This document shows positions 25,203 to 35,986 of a DNA stretch of 46,762 nt, piece by piece. The notes beneath the pieces were generated by a model, which worked only from the letters and a program-made list of their open reading frames with translations, had not been told where the DNA came from and did no database searches. This DNA comes from a virus (Duplodnaviria; Caudoviricetes): the IMG/VR virus record IMGVR_UViG_3300044452_000142, positions 1 through 46,762 of that record. One strand, written 5' to 3'. A program made the position numbers and the translations under genes. Each line of letters opens with the position of its first letter. The first letter of the stretch is position 1.

Positions 25203-28200
25203 TTAACCTTTATGTTTTGGACCTAGAAAAAGGTGTCGAATGTCCGTGTCAGGATCACCTTCCTCCATTTTAGCTAAAGCGGCAACTATTTTATTTAATT
25301 GGCCCGTCGGTAACCCTGTGGCAATTCCGATTGAACTGCTAAACGCGTTGAACAAGGCTAAATCCATTTCCCCTTGACCAACCTGTAAAGCCAATTTTCC
25401 AAAAGTTCCTATAACACCTGCGTAAGCACCTGCGTCAAACCCACTTAAAGCCGATCCAACATCTCGAACTAAAGGTACTGTCGCCATAGCAGATAACGCC
25501 GTCTCACGCGCAAGAAATTCTGCCCATCCTGTTTCATCTTCATCATCCATCCCCGGCAAAGAGCCTTGGATTAAATGATACGCAATTGCTTCTAGGGTAA
25601 ATAGTGTTACCAATTCAGCCGTTGCCCTAGCCGCCGCGATGAAGCTTTTTTGATTAAATCCATCAATATCGCGTTTTGCTTTCCCTACCACCTCATACGC
25701 CAAATTAAATTTAGCATACATAACCGATCCTAAAGCCGAAAACAACTTGATAAAACCGTTTTGCCGCGTATTAAAATCTAATGTTCCACGTTCAAAAGGC
25801 GTGCGATCACCGAATACCCCTGATGCATGAGCGCGCCCGACTAAATGGTCCGCATACGCGATTGCTTCGTCTTCATTGTTTTTAAATTTTTCCAACCCCT
25901 GACGATACGCACCAAGCCACATCGGCAAATCAATCGAATGAAACTGCATTTTAGTCATGGTCCAAAAACCGCTAGCGGCCATTATTGTCTGTGCTTCGTC
26001 AAGCCTAGACGCCATTGGACTTAGTCTCACGTGGTTCAAAACGTCACTCATGTCAGGATTAAATGAAGATTGCCGATTTTTCATGAAAACCGACCTCTCT
26101 ATGATATCGCTAGACGCGCGTGCTATATTTGATAGGTAATCGCTATATCCAATTGCTGCATGACGCGGTCCTAAAGCAACAATTGTGTGGCTAATCCCCA
26201 AAGCTTGAACGAGCACAGTGTTAACGTTAAAAGCCAGTTTAGACAAGGTAAACCCGTTTTTAGCGCGTACCGCAAGCCGCCCGATTGAGCCCCCCGCAGT
26301 TATCTGGCCCGTCGCGGTATCTTGCAACCATATCTCTAGCGCTTGAAAATCTTTTAATAATCCCTTTCGCCGAAACGCTTCATCAACGCGCTTGTCGTGC
26401 AGAACTCGCCAGCTGTTTGTTATCGGTTCCGAAAACGCTAAATCGTGGACAACTTGCGACATATGCCCGTACATGGGCTCAACCCCAAGCTTAAGAGGCC
26501 TACCGCCTGATGCTTTTTTTCCTTTTTTCCTTTCTTTTAAATGCCCATTACGAGTCTGCGCTTTACCGAACTGCCCGGCAAGCATTTGCTTTTGAACTTC
26601 CGCGATATCTTCAGAAGAAACGACGGCCGAAAGATCGCCATCGTAAACAATGGGATAATAGCCGCCAGCATATACGCCATGCGGCGTCTCTACTTCCATT
26701 GCCGCTACTTTTTTGGGGGTTACACCTGTCAGACGTTTTTCACGCTCTGCTATCAACGGCCAATAAGTGCCAATATAATCCCAACAACTTTGAACGTAAT
26801 CCCATTCTTTTTTAGAAAGAGATTCTTTAACAAAATCAATTTGTGCTTTAGTAAACCCGCTACTTTCTAGATCTGACAATCGATTTAAGTTATCGGCGTT
26901 GCCCATGTTCAACGCCATTGATATCAAATCCCAGCGGTTAAAACTTCCTTTTAGCTCAGGTATATGCGACCTAACCGCCATTTCCCGCATAGTCTTTTTG
27001 TCAAAAACATCGTTTAAGGCCGTAAACGATTGAACCATTTTTTCGCGTTCATTTGTTGCCCAGTTTTGTGCTTGGTCAATCGCGCCCTTAATGATCTTGT
27101 ATGCTTCGCCAACGTCGTAATTGTCTATCTTTCGCAGTAACGACGATGCTGTCAAAATTACGTTTAAATACTCTCGGAGCCCGCGTCTCCTTTTGTCGGC
27201 CGGTGTCTGCACACGATTAGCCGGTTTATCGGGCAAATTTTTATCCATTTGCCCGATAAGCGTTTTAACCGATTCGTTTAACTCATTTTCTATTTTTACT
27301 GTGTGCTCTAAATTTTGTAATGCGTTGTAAATATCCTCTATTTCTGATACCGTCATTTTCTGATAAGATTTAGGTTCTACATTGTTAACAAGATGATCCG
27401 GTATATACAGTTCGTTTTCTCTATTCTGTTCTTTCATGAACTCGATATGAGCTAGCAAGCGGCCGCGTTTTTCCCCTCTTTTTGCAGAAGCGGATTTCCG
27501 AAACTCATATGTCTCTAAAATTTCATCAATTGCGTCTATATACGTACCGCGTAATTTTTTTCTAATTTCTTTTCTTCTAAACTTTGCCGCGTACTTTTTT
27601 ACCCTGTTAACAAATGTATTGACCTTTTGGCTTTCACGATACAACGCATAGTTGATCATCTGATCTTGCTTTGCATCAAACGCCGCGTCTAAATCCCCTT
27701 TAGAAATAGCCAAAAGAGCACGTCGTGCCGCGGCCCGCTCTTTAATCTCATATTGAGACGGACGCGCCGCTTCTCGTATTGGGCGATTACTAAGCATTCG
27801 TCGTGCTATCTCAGAAGCTTGCGCGCGCGTTAGCGGCCGTAAGATAGACGCACTTTTACGGCGCTGTGCGCGCTCCGCCTTACTTGCATCAGCTAAACTA
27901 ATAGTTTTTTTGCGGGCCGCCCGCGCGATTAATTTCAATTCATACGCAATAAGCTGTTCTTTTTTGTCGCCATTTATTGCTTTTAGCGCAGCTTCTTCAA
28001 TATCTTTTTTATTGAGAAGATCGCCGTGTCTTTTTTTCAGCTCTTGCCGGACGCGAAAGTTAATTTCTTTATCGGCAAAAGGCGTTTTCATGAGATCGTT
28101 TACTAAATCTACCCCTGTTTTGTAGTCGTTAAAGAAAAAAGCAATGTCGTTTGCCGATACGCCAGTCCCCTTTGCATGTAGCTTTGACAGGCGCCGAACG

Positions 28201-31200
28201 GCTCTTTTACCAAATTCTTGCTCCAGTAAATCAGTATCAAATCTAAGGTCTTCTGGCGCAACCACAAAATCTGGTGGATTATCGCCAAGCCACTTTCCGT
28301 TAATTAACCATTCACGTACCCTATTAACCGGACGTTGCTCTACTTCCCCGCGAATTTCTTTTTCCAGTTTGTCACGTTCTTTTTTGTATTGCTCGGTTCT
28401 TTCTTTTCGAATATCCTTCATTATCCGAGGTAATAGCTTTTGACGCGCTTCTCCTTTAGCCTCCCGCGCTAACTTAAGAAGGTCTTCTTGCTGTTTAGGC
28501 TCAATATTTAATCTATCGACCACCGAAGCAACTTGGCTAAACAACTGATCGTCCAACTGTGCCGCGTCAATCTCTTGATCTGTTGCTAACAGTCGATCAA
28601 AAACATTCCTTAAATCATCATTAATCTCAACGTCTAAATTCTTAGCTTGCTTGTATATATTTAAAAGCCAAGCCGTAAACGCCTCAAACGCTTCACGTAA
28701 AACATTAGACGGCGCTTTGCCTTCTAATAGATAAGTTTCATAGGCGCGCGCCCATTGTTCCTGAAGAGCGACACGAATATTTCTATCAATATCTTTATCG
28801 CCCGTAGTATTTTTTTCTAAATATAATTTAACCTTTTCTTCATCTGTATTTGCCTCTTTTGCAATCTGCTCAGTATTTGACGCCCACCATTTTTTTACGT
28901 CGCCATACATCTTTACTAGTTGTTCTGGCGCGTTGTTATCTGTTACAATTTTTTCTAAAATATCTAAATAGTAGTGGGCGCTTTCGTGAAGAAACGTCGA
29001 TCTATCGGATTTTTCAAACAAAGATATTATCGGCGCAAAACCTTCGCTCACTGATGGTAAATATGACCCACGTTTCCCGCTTTCTTCTTGATACAAAATT
29101 CGTGGATCGTCTGGATCAAAAGTCCCACGATTATCTACAGCTTTAATATTTGTATTATACTTATCAAAAATTTGAACATGAGTAGTATTAGGATCTATCT
29201 TCATAGACGACAAACGCTCGTTTGCGTTTTTCAAAATAATACTGTCAAAGCCTAGTTCTTCAATAGCTTTTGAAAATATCTGATAACCTATTTCCTCGTT
29301 ATCTTTAGAAAAAGCATTTGGGTCAATTAAATCACTATTGTAAAATAATTTTTCTAACTCCGCATTTGTGCCTCTTATTTTAGAAAACTCTTCGAGCAAA
29401 CTTTTAAATTTTGAAATATTTACTCCGCGTTGTTCTGCTACCTTTTCAACCGCAAACATTAATTTATTTAATTTTTTTGAAACTTTTGCGTTGCTGTCCG
29501 ATTTACCAAAAAATCGTGTATCATTGTCGATAACAAAAGGGTTTTGTGTTCGAATGAAAACTTCAATTAAGCGATCACTACCGCCTTTTAATTCGCTAGA
29601 AGCAATATCCCTTGCCATTACCGCATGCTTTGAATAGCGTGCTTCTCCTACGCTTAAATCGTCTCCAAAATCTTTTTCCGTTAATCCAAACTTATCAGGG
29701 TCTTGGCGCATCTCTTCTTGGATTTGTTCTGCGCGCTCTTCGATCCTGATCCATAAATCAACGCTACCGGGTCCGTAATTGTCTACTGCATCCTTTCGGC
29801 TTGACGTGAAATAGTTAACGGGGCCGAACAACCCCTGTTCCCCCCCGTGCACGCTTGCGTCAAATCGATCAAAATCATGCGTTGTCGCATGAAACGCTCT
29901 CAAAACGCGCGATTTTTTTGTGCTAAAATCCGTTTCATTAACTTGATCGGGTTCTATTACTGGATCACTTGTTTTTGCCCATTTTACAAAAAGTCTTTCT
30001 TTTTGTTCTTCTTGAGATTTTGGTATTGCTGAAAAAACAGGGCTATCGATTTCTGCCAAAGGATAGCGTTTGAGAAATTCCCCTAGACTAATATCCAGCC
30101 GATCCGCCATTGTGCGAGCAAACGCAATAGCCTGCGCCGATTGAAAATCCGCAACGCGGCTCTCCGTGCCCGCTCTTTTAAGCCGCGCGGAAAGTTCGCG
30201 TTGCGCTTTACCCGCAATCTTTTCGGCTTTTGACCGAACCGTTGCCCTCTTTCCTAATTTAACAAATTCTTCTACATTTGAATCAAAATCGCGCGCTTCT
30301 GAAATACTCATTTGATCAGGCGCTAACTTAATGTGATCTTTTAGCTTATCATACAACGTCGTATCAACAATATCTGTCGTCAAAGACGACATAGGTATTT
30401 CGACTATCCCGTCTGTATTTGTTAATTCGTTGAAATTGTCTATCGTAACGCCGGGGATTGCTTCTGCAAAATCTTCGGGGGTTAAACCTTCACTTTGAAA
30501 CAACGCATCTAGTTGGCGCGCATCCACAAAAACGCTTTCGTTAGGGCCGCCTTCTGTAATTGCGTTAATGATATCGCGATAATCTTTCGGTGCGTTTTTT
30601 CTTAAATCGCTATCCTTCGCAAGTTTATCCAAAGCGTCTAAAAGCTTTGCATTCTTACTGGCCCGTCCCCTATTTTTTATGACGCTACCGCCCGCGGCTA
30701 CAATTTCGGTTGGCGTTCCTGCAAATTCAGCCAGTGCCTCAACTGCAATATCTACTGCATTAATCTCTTGGTCGGACCCGAATAACGCTAACCCCTCGCC
30801 GAAACCCCCCATTGCAGATTGCGCTAACGCTTGTAGTATTAAATTACCGGAAACGCTTTTTGAAAGCGCTTGCCCCGCTACGCCGCCCGACAGCGCATCC
30901 ATTAAACCAATTATTATGGCGTATGCAGAGGATCGATCTTTTAATTGCGTTCTCACACTTACATCATTAACGAGATCTCGTCTTTGGGCGGGGTCGTTGA
31001 GGTTAACACCCGCTTCATCTACAAGCTTCTCAAAAGTCGATTCTCTCCCCATAGAACTAGAAGTTACACCGGCCGCTCCCGCTGCCACTGTAAGATTTCG
31101 TGTTGTATAAAAAGCTCCCGCCATTGCAACAATTGACGGAATACTTTCCGCCGCAACATTAAAAATCCATTCTGTAAACGCTCCCGGTTGCTCGCTAATT

Positions 31201-32108
31201 ACATCCGCCAGCGCTGTTAATTGTTCTACTTCTGTTTCTTTTTTGGATGCTTCTGATACTTTTTTTCCAACATCAGCAACCGAAGCTGATCTTCCGTAGG
31301 TATCATTAATGCGTTGTAAATTTCTAGCTTGTTCCCTAAACGCTGCGCCTAAATCTTTTTTTGCTTCTCCCTCTTCTCTAGCTAATTCTTCATTAGTTTT
31401 TCCTAACAAGTTAAATTCGCGTGAAGAATCAAAAAGAGAAAACCCGCGATCCATTACGTTTTGAAAAATCGCTTTAGCTATTTTAAAATTCTTATCGTCG
31501 GGGGGTTTACCAGAACCGTATATAGGATGATCTGCCCATTTAGGACTTTTTTCTTCTTCTAAAGCTTTTTTTAATCTTGAAACTGCGCGGGGACTATAGC
31601 CTAATCGCTGAAATTGTGCCGCATCAAGTTTGTCTTCTTTTTCACGAACGTCAGCGCCATAAAAATAGCCCGTTACTGTCTTATCAAACCCCCGACCAAT
31701 ACTATGAATTAACCCCTCAAAACTACTCAAGTTATTGAGTTGTTCTTTTTCAATAGCGGCGCGCAAAGGATTTTTTAATATCCATCCAGTTAACTTAGAT
31801 GAACCGTATAATTGATCCTGTATTGATCTTTGCTCTAATGTTTCCGCAAGTTGTGGTTGATATTTAGAAAGCGTCTCATATACGCTTCTGTCTCCCATTT
31901 TATCAGCGCGTTGTACGATATCCGCTGCGCGCTTTCGTGCCAAATCTTTTTGGCCTACATTCCATTCCTTAAACGACTGAAAATGATCTGTCTTATCAGT
32001 TTTTGGCGCTCCTGATAATGTCAAAGAATTAAAAGAAAGCGGGTTAACGCCTCCATTTTTTTTATATTGCTTTCGGTTAAACGTAATAAAATCGTTTAAT
32101 TCGCTCAT
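25203..32108 (-). CDS. Giant internal virion/ejection protein (polyvalent-protein-like)
   Basis: 2301 aa; position matches T7 gp16; HESAH zincin-like motif and an ART-like segment. Confidence 0.8.
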   Translation of the reverse strand: MSELNDFITFNRKQYKKNGGVNPLSFNSLTLSGAPKTDKTDHFQSFKEWNVGQKDLARKRAADIVQRADKMGDRSVYETLSKYQPQLAETLEQRSIQDQLYGSSKLTGWILKNPLRAAIEKEQLNNLSSFEGLIHSIGRGFDKTVTGYFYGADVREKEDKLDAAQFQRLGYSPRAVSRLKKALEEEKSPKWADHPIYGSGKPPDDKNFKIAKAIFQNVMDRGFSLFDSSREFNLLGKTNEELAREEGEAKKDLGAAFREQARNLQRINDTYGRSASVADVGKKVSEASKKETEVEQLTALADVISEQPGAFTEWIFNVAAESIPSIVAMAGAFYTTRNLTVAAGAAGVTSSSMGRESTFEKLVDEAGVNLNDPAQRRDLVNDVSVRTQLKDRSSAYAIIIGLMDALSGGVAGQALSKSVSGNLILQALAQSAMGGFGEGLALFGSDQEINAVDIAVEALAEFAGTPTEIVAAGGSVIKNRGRASKNAKLLDALDKLAKDSDLRKNAPKDYRDIINAITEGGPNESVFVDARQLDALFQSEGLTPEDFAEAIPGVTIDNFNELTNTDGIVEIPMSSLTTDIVDTTLYDKLKDHIKLAPDQMSISEARDFDSNVEEFVKLGKRATVRSKAEKIAGKAQRELSARLKRAGTESRVADFQSAQAIAFARTMADRLDISLGEFLKRYPLAEIDSPVFSAIPKSQEEQKERLFVKWAKTSDPVIEPDQVNETDFSTKKSRVLRAFHATTHDFDRFDASVHGGEQGLFGPVNYFTSSRKDAVDNYGPGSVDLWIRIEERAEQIQEEMRQDPDKFGLTEKDFGDDLSVGEARYSKHAVMARDIASSELKGGSDRLIEVFIRTQNPFVIDNDTRFFGKSDSNAKVSKKLNKLMFAVEKVAEQRGVNISKFKSLLEEFSKIRGTNAELEKLFYNSDLIDPNAFSKDNEEIGYQIFSKAIEELGFDSIILKNANERLSSMKIDPNTTHVQIFDKYNTNIKAVDNRGTFDPDDPRILYQEESGKRGSYLPSVSEGFAPIISLFEKSDRSTFLHESAHYYLDILEKIVTDNNAPEQLVKMYGDVKKWWASNTEQIAKEANTDEEKVKLYLEKNTTGDKDIDRNIRVALQEQWARAYETYLLEGKAPSNVLREAFEAFTAWLLNIYKQAKNLDVEINDDLRNVFDRLLATDQEIDAAQLDDQLFSQVASVVDRLNIEPKQQEDLLKLAREAKGEARQKLLPRIMKDIRKERTEQYKKERDKLEKEIRGEVEQRPVNRVREWLINGKWLGDNPPDFVVAPEDLRFDTDLLEQEFGKRAVRRLSKLHAKGTGVSANDIAFFFNDYKTGVDLVNDLMKTPFADKEINFRVRQELKKRHGDLLNKKDIEEAALKAINGDKKEQLIAYELKLIARAARKKTISLADASKAERAQRRKSASILRPLTRAQASEIARRMLSNRPIREAARPSQYEIKERAAARRALLAISKGDLDAAFDAKQDQMINYALYRESQKVNTFVNRVKKYAAKFRRKEIRKKLRGTYIDAIDEILETYEFRKSASAKRGEKRGRLLAHIEFMKEQNRENELYIPDHLVNNVEPKSYQKMTVSEIEDIYNALQNLEHTVKIENELNESVKTLIGQMDKNLPDKPANRVQTPADKRRRGLREYLNVILTASSLLRKIDNYDVGEAYKIIKGAIDQAQNWATNEREKMVQSFTALNDVFDKKTMREMAVRSHIPELKGSFNRWDLISMALNMGNADNLNRLSDLESSGFTKAQIDFVKESLSKKEWDYVQSCWDYIGTYWPLIAEREKRLTGVTPKKVAAMEVETPHGVYAGGYYPIVYDGDLSAVVSSEDIAEVQKQMLAGQFGKAQTRNGHLKERKKGKKASGGRPLKLGVEPMYGHMSQVVHDLAFSEPITNSWRVLHDKRVDEAFRRKGLLKDFQALEIWLQDTATGQITAGGSIGRLAVRAKNGFTLSKLAFNVNTVLVQALGISHTIVALGPRHAAIGYSDYLSNIARASSDIIERSVFMKNRQSSFNPDMSDVLNHVRLSPMASRLDEAQTIMAASGFWTMTKMQFHSIDLPMWLGAYRQGLEKFKNNEDEAIAYADHLVGRAHASGVFGDRTPFERGTLDFNTRQNGFIKLFSALGSVMYAKFNLAYEVVGKAKRDIDGFNQKSFIAAARATAELVTLFTLEAIAYHLIQGSLPGMDDEDETGWAEFLARETALSAMATVPLVRDVGSALSGFDAGAYAGVIGTFGKLALQVGQGEMDLALFNAFSSSIGIATGLPTGQLNKIVAALAKMEEGDPDTDIRHLFLGPKHKG

Positions 32109-32109
32109 A

Positions 32110-34977
32110 TCAAGAACCTTTTTTATTATGATTCTTAAGCATATACGCTCTAAATCTTTCTACAATTTCGTCGTCTGTTATGTTTGGATCGTCATTCATC
32201 AAATATTCTATGACGTCATCCGGAACATCATCAATATCAACATTCGGCGGCGGAAACCCTAGGTCCATCATCTGTTCGTTTCCATATTGTTCTTGTATTC
32301 TATCATCAGTAACTTCAATACCTCGAGCGGCAAGGTCCACTGTTATGCGCTCAACATCAATAGACGAAATACTATCCAATGACGGGGTGACTACTAAATC
32401 CGTATTATCCTCAGGTTGACCTGAAAGTTCTTCAAACAAGTATCTATCCGAACCGGGCAAAAGCCAATACGCATGATACGTTTTATTTGTTAACGTATCT
32501 GCAAAACTACGAATTTCTGGATAACTTGGTGATCTGTTTTCTCTCGTAGCAAAATCTTTTACAAATTCTAACAGTCGATCTTGAAACATTTTATATTTTT
32601 GTAATTGTGTTGAGTTCATACCCCCTATTCTTTCATTATCGATTTTCATTTGATAAATTTTTTCGCCAATTGATATAGCCTCAGAATAGTTGATATCTAC
32701 AGGATCACCTCTTAATCCTGCTGCTATCTGCTGTTGCAACTCAACAAAATGTCTTCTATCTTTTTCAGACAACGCCGCATAATGCGCCGTTAAGTTAACA
32801 TTAGCAAAAGCTTTTTTGTCATTAATGGATAATTTCGTAAGCATATCCCACGTATCTACATCGGTCTCTAAAGAACCCGTTTGATCTTTTTTTGTCGCTT
32901 CTAAAAAAGTTTGATATCCGTTTCGCCCCATTCTCATTATTAAACTTTGGTCAGTCGGAATTTCTCCGGTACGAACATAATCATCCCATGCTTGCTTTTG
33001 CGCTTGCGCTCTATCAAAATTATTGATGCGCTCTTGAAGTGCCATACGAACAATTATTTGTTCAAAAACACGCGCTTGAAGTTTTGGATCCTCAATTGCC
33101 AAACCCGCTTGGTATGCGGCTTGAACATCAAAAAACACGCCGCCAGCTTGGACTTGCGGATTATCTCCGACCGCAACCGAAATTGTGTCCGCAACTTCGC
33201 CAACTGTCATCCCCGCAAATTTTGGGTTAGCTCTCATTACATTTTCGTTTAAAACCGAAGCTACAGCGCGCGCGGGATTAACCGTTACTGCGTCAATCAA
33301 CGCTCTGCCGATATCTGTTCCAAGAGAATTAAAAATATTTTTGTTGGTGACGCTATCCTCAACATCCTCGGGAAGCATATTATTTAATTCATTAAAAAAA
33401 CCTGCTGAATCAAGTCCGGCAAACGCTATTGGATCACCCCCGCCCGGAACTAGAGGTGCCTCAGACAATCGTTTTAAAAATTCCGCAGAATCTATTTTTA
33501 AGCCAGACGCTCTTGACATTAATGGTTCTTGGCCAGACGCCTTTGACGTTAATGGTTCTTGATCAAAAGATTCTGATGCTAATAGCTGTCTCGACGCATC
33601 GCCTTTGTTAAACCCCCGCATATACGATTGAACAAACGGGCTATCCGCTTCGGGTATGAACGAAGCTATTTTCATTATATTCTCAAGCTCACCCCTCATA
33701 CGCTTTCCGATAGAGCCCCACGTATGCGCTTGTCCCTTTCCCGGATTCACTCCATCCATGTGAAACCCGTGCGGGCCCATATACTCCTTTCCGGCGCCTA
33801 TGCCGAGCACACCTGCTTCTGCCGCCGCGCGCATAAAAGCTGCCGCCTCGGAACTTTCGACATCAACTTTTTTCCCGTCGGGTTTAACAATATAAAAATC
33901 TGCCGCCGCACCGGTCATGTGGCGATTGGATCCGTATTGGGGCTGATCTTTTCCCTCTGTCCCCGAATACACAACAATACGCGACCCCTCGCCAAAAACT
34001 TTTTTAACCGCGCCGGCAATGCTATCAACAATCTCTTGGTTAGGCCGATCCGCTCTTTTTTTGCCCTCAAGATTAAAATCAACCGTCACCCCGTCGCCCG
34101 GAAGATCGATGGCGTCGCGCCGAGCATTATCTCTATCGCCTCCCGAAACCCCCGGAGGAAAATTTCTCAGCGACACTCCTGAATTATTATATAAATCAAC
34201 AAAATCTTGAGCTTTTTGATTTAAAACTAAAGGTTCTAGTCTTTTTTCAAGATAATACTTATCCGCTACCTTTAATTTATCGCGATACCTATTAAAAATA
34301 TCATTAGCTGCTATAGGATCATTTTCTATTTGAAGTTCAACTCTAGCTCGAACTGCTGTAGAAATTAATTTGTCTATGGCTTGTTGAGTAGCCTCTGGAC
34401 TTGAACCCTCAAGCGCAGAAAGTTGTCTTTGTTGGTCAATTGCCAATTGCAAATTTTCGTTAAACGATTCTTCATCATTTGAAAAAGCCGCTGCATCTTC
34501 AACAAAAGATGCAATAGACGCCGTATGCTGATCGACAATGTATGATCTTGTCTGGGCCGCTTCATGATTTAAAATCATAGATTGAGATTGAAAATCGAGA
34601 TTATCGGCGCGTTCGTTAAACAATCTTAACGCGCGTCCGGACAGCCCTTGCGTAAATTGTTGCCGTATTTTAGAAAATTCTTGATCTGATTCTTCTTTAA
34701 TATTTAATCCGTTTTCTCCAGTGCGAGAAAGATACCCCGTCCGAACTTCGCTTAAATTGCTCCGGTAATTGTTATACGCCGAAAGCGCGTCTGCATTTGC
34801 TTTTATTTGTTCACGCAGAATTAGCGCATCAGAAACATTAACAATTCCGTCTCCTAACGTCTGCGTCGCCTGCCCACTACCCGCGCCAAAAGCGCCCGAA
34901 TTTGTTTGAACACTCGATTTTTGTATAAAGCCCGAACGAATGCGTTCTTGCGGAGTATATTCTGGAACCCTCGCCAT
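32110..34977 (-). CDS. Internal virion protein with peptidase M15-like domain
   Basis: MARVPEY N-terminus; SNRHMTGAAADF...GIG...FHMD. Confidence 0.78.
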   Translation of the reverse strand: MARVPEYTPQERIRSGFIQKSSVQTNSGAFGAGSGQATQTLGDGIVNVSDALILREQIKANADALSAYNNYRSNLSEVRTGYLSRTGENGLNIKEESDQEFSKIRQQFTQGLSGRALRLFNERADNLDFQSQSMILNHEAAQTRSYIVDQHTASIASFVEDAAAFSNDEESFNENLQLAIDQQRQLSALEGSSPEATQQAIDKLISTAVRARVELQIENDPIAANDIFNRYRDKLKVADKYYLEKRLEPLVLNQKAQDFVDLYNNSGVSLRNFPPGVSGGDRDNARRDAIDLPGDGVTVDFNLEGKKRADRPNQEIVDSIAGAVKKVFGEGSRIVVYSGTEGKDQPQYGSNRHMTGAAADFYIVKPDGKKVDVESSEAAAFMRAAAEAGVLGIGAGKEYMGPHGFHMDGVNPGKGQAHTWGSIGKRMRGELENIMKIASFIPEADSPFVQSYMRGFNKGDASRQLLASESFDQEPLTSKASGQEPLMSRASGLKIDSAEFLKRLSEAPLVPGGGDPIAFAGLDSAGFFNELNNMLPEDVEDSVTNKNIFNSLGTDIGRALIDAVTVNPARAVASVLNENVMRANPKFAGMTVGEVADTISVAVGDNPQVQAGGVFFDVQAAYQAGLAIEDPKLQARVFEQIIVRMALQERINNFDRAQAQKQAWDDYVRTGEIPTDQSLIMRMGRNGYQTFLEATKKDQTGSLETDVDTWDMLTKLSINDKKAFANVNLTAHYAALSEKDRRHFVELQQQIAAGLRGDPVDINYSEAISIGEKIYQMKIDNERIGGMNSTQLQKYKMFQDRLLEFVKDFATRENRSPSYPEIRSFADTLTNKTYHAYWLLPGSDRYLFEELSGQPEDNTDLVVTPSLDSISSIDVERITVDLAARGIEVTDDRIQEQYGNEQMMDLGFPPPNVDIDDVPDDVIEYLMNDDPNITDDEIVERFRAYMLKNHNKKGS

Positions 34978-34989
34978 ACTTCCATAATC

Positions 34990-35502
34990 CTATTCAAGAC
35001 TAACCCGAGATCTATATACATCCGCAGCACCTTTTAACGCTGTTCCAACTCCTGCAATAAAACTCCCGGTCCGCGCATTTTTTGCCGTAGCGCCTTGCAC
35101 ATCGGCGTTATTTAAAAAATTTCTGCGTTGCACTTCTAAATCGTAAACTTCCTTATCAGTATTTCTGCGTGCGCGCGCAGCGTCTTCTTGAATAGCAACA
35201 GTTGTATTTAATATGGTATCAAGCGGCGAACCAAAAGTTAAATCCATGTTATTTGCCGCAAGCGCACTTCTCGTATCTGCAACTATGCGCGCGCCGTCTT
35301 CATAAATTTGTTGTTCTCGATCCGCCCCGCGCTCGCGTGCGTCACGCTTTTCAAGCGTTGTAAGCGCTGCATTATCAAGTGAAACTTGCCTTTGATATTC
35401 GGCGTTTGCACGTTCTGCACTTGCTTGTCGTGCTCCGCCAAGCACTGAAAAAGCTGTTCCAACTACTGACAACGCTGGCGCAATAAGCCCGACGCTACAC
35501 AT
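34990..35502 (-). CDS. Internal virion protein (T7 gp14-like)
   Basis: Hydrophobic Gly/Ala-rich ends, helical core, GSPLD; position in the module. Confidence 0.72.
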   Translation of the reverse strand: MCSVGLIAPALSVVGTAFSVLGGARQASAERANAEYQRQVSLDNAALTTLEKRDARERGADREQQIYEDGARIVADTRSALAANNMDLTFGSPLDTILNTTVAIQEDAARARRNTDKEVYDLEVQRRNFLNNADVQGATAKNARTGSFIAGVGTALKGAADVYRSRVSLE

Positions 35503-35986
35503 TTAATCTACCCTTCGCGGAAAATACGACGACATTTGCACCTGTAGGAATTTTAAAAGGTTTTCCAATATTAAAACCAATTCTCGAAAGAAATTTTAAG
35601 TTGCGTTTGTTATCTGCTAACGCCATATTTTGTAATCGGCTACAAGTGTTTAATAGATGGTCAAAAAACCACGAACCCATGATTAAATAATCGCGTATAC
35701 AACGATCAACTCCACGTGTTCCCAAAAACCACGGAACCCCCCGCGTTCCAATAGCATACCGGTGGACCCCAAAAACTGCAATAGGCAATGACTGATCAAA
35801 AGCAATATATTTTTCAGTTGAAATATTAAAAGAAAAACGAATTGCAGATTCACCGCTCATTCGATTAATTGCCCATAATTCTTGTATATCTTCTTTTCGA
35901 AGATTATGCGCCACTGTCAAAGCATCGTTTGTCAATTCATCTAACGGTTCAACATGAACCCGTTTAACGTGTCCAGTTCGGATCAT
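35495..35986 (-). CDS. GNAT-fold virion assembly protein (T7 gp13-like)
   Basis: NLRKEDIQEL...PWFLGT...N..N...LKFL..IGF pattern; follows tail tubular B. Confidence 0.72.
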   Translation of the reverse strand: MIRTGHVKRVHVEPLDELTNDALTVAHNLRKEDIQELWAINRMSGESAIRFSFNISTEKYIAFDQSLPIAVFGVHRYAIGTRGVPWFLGTRGVDRCIRDYLIMGSWFFDHLLNTCSRLQNMALADNKRNLKFLSRIGFNIGKPFKIPTGANVVVFSAKGRLNV

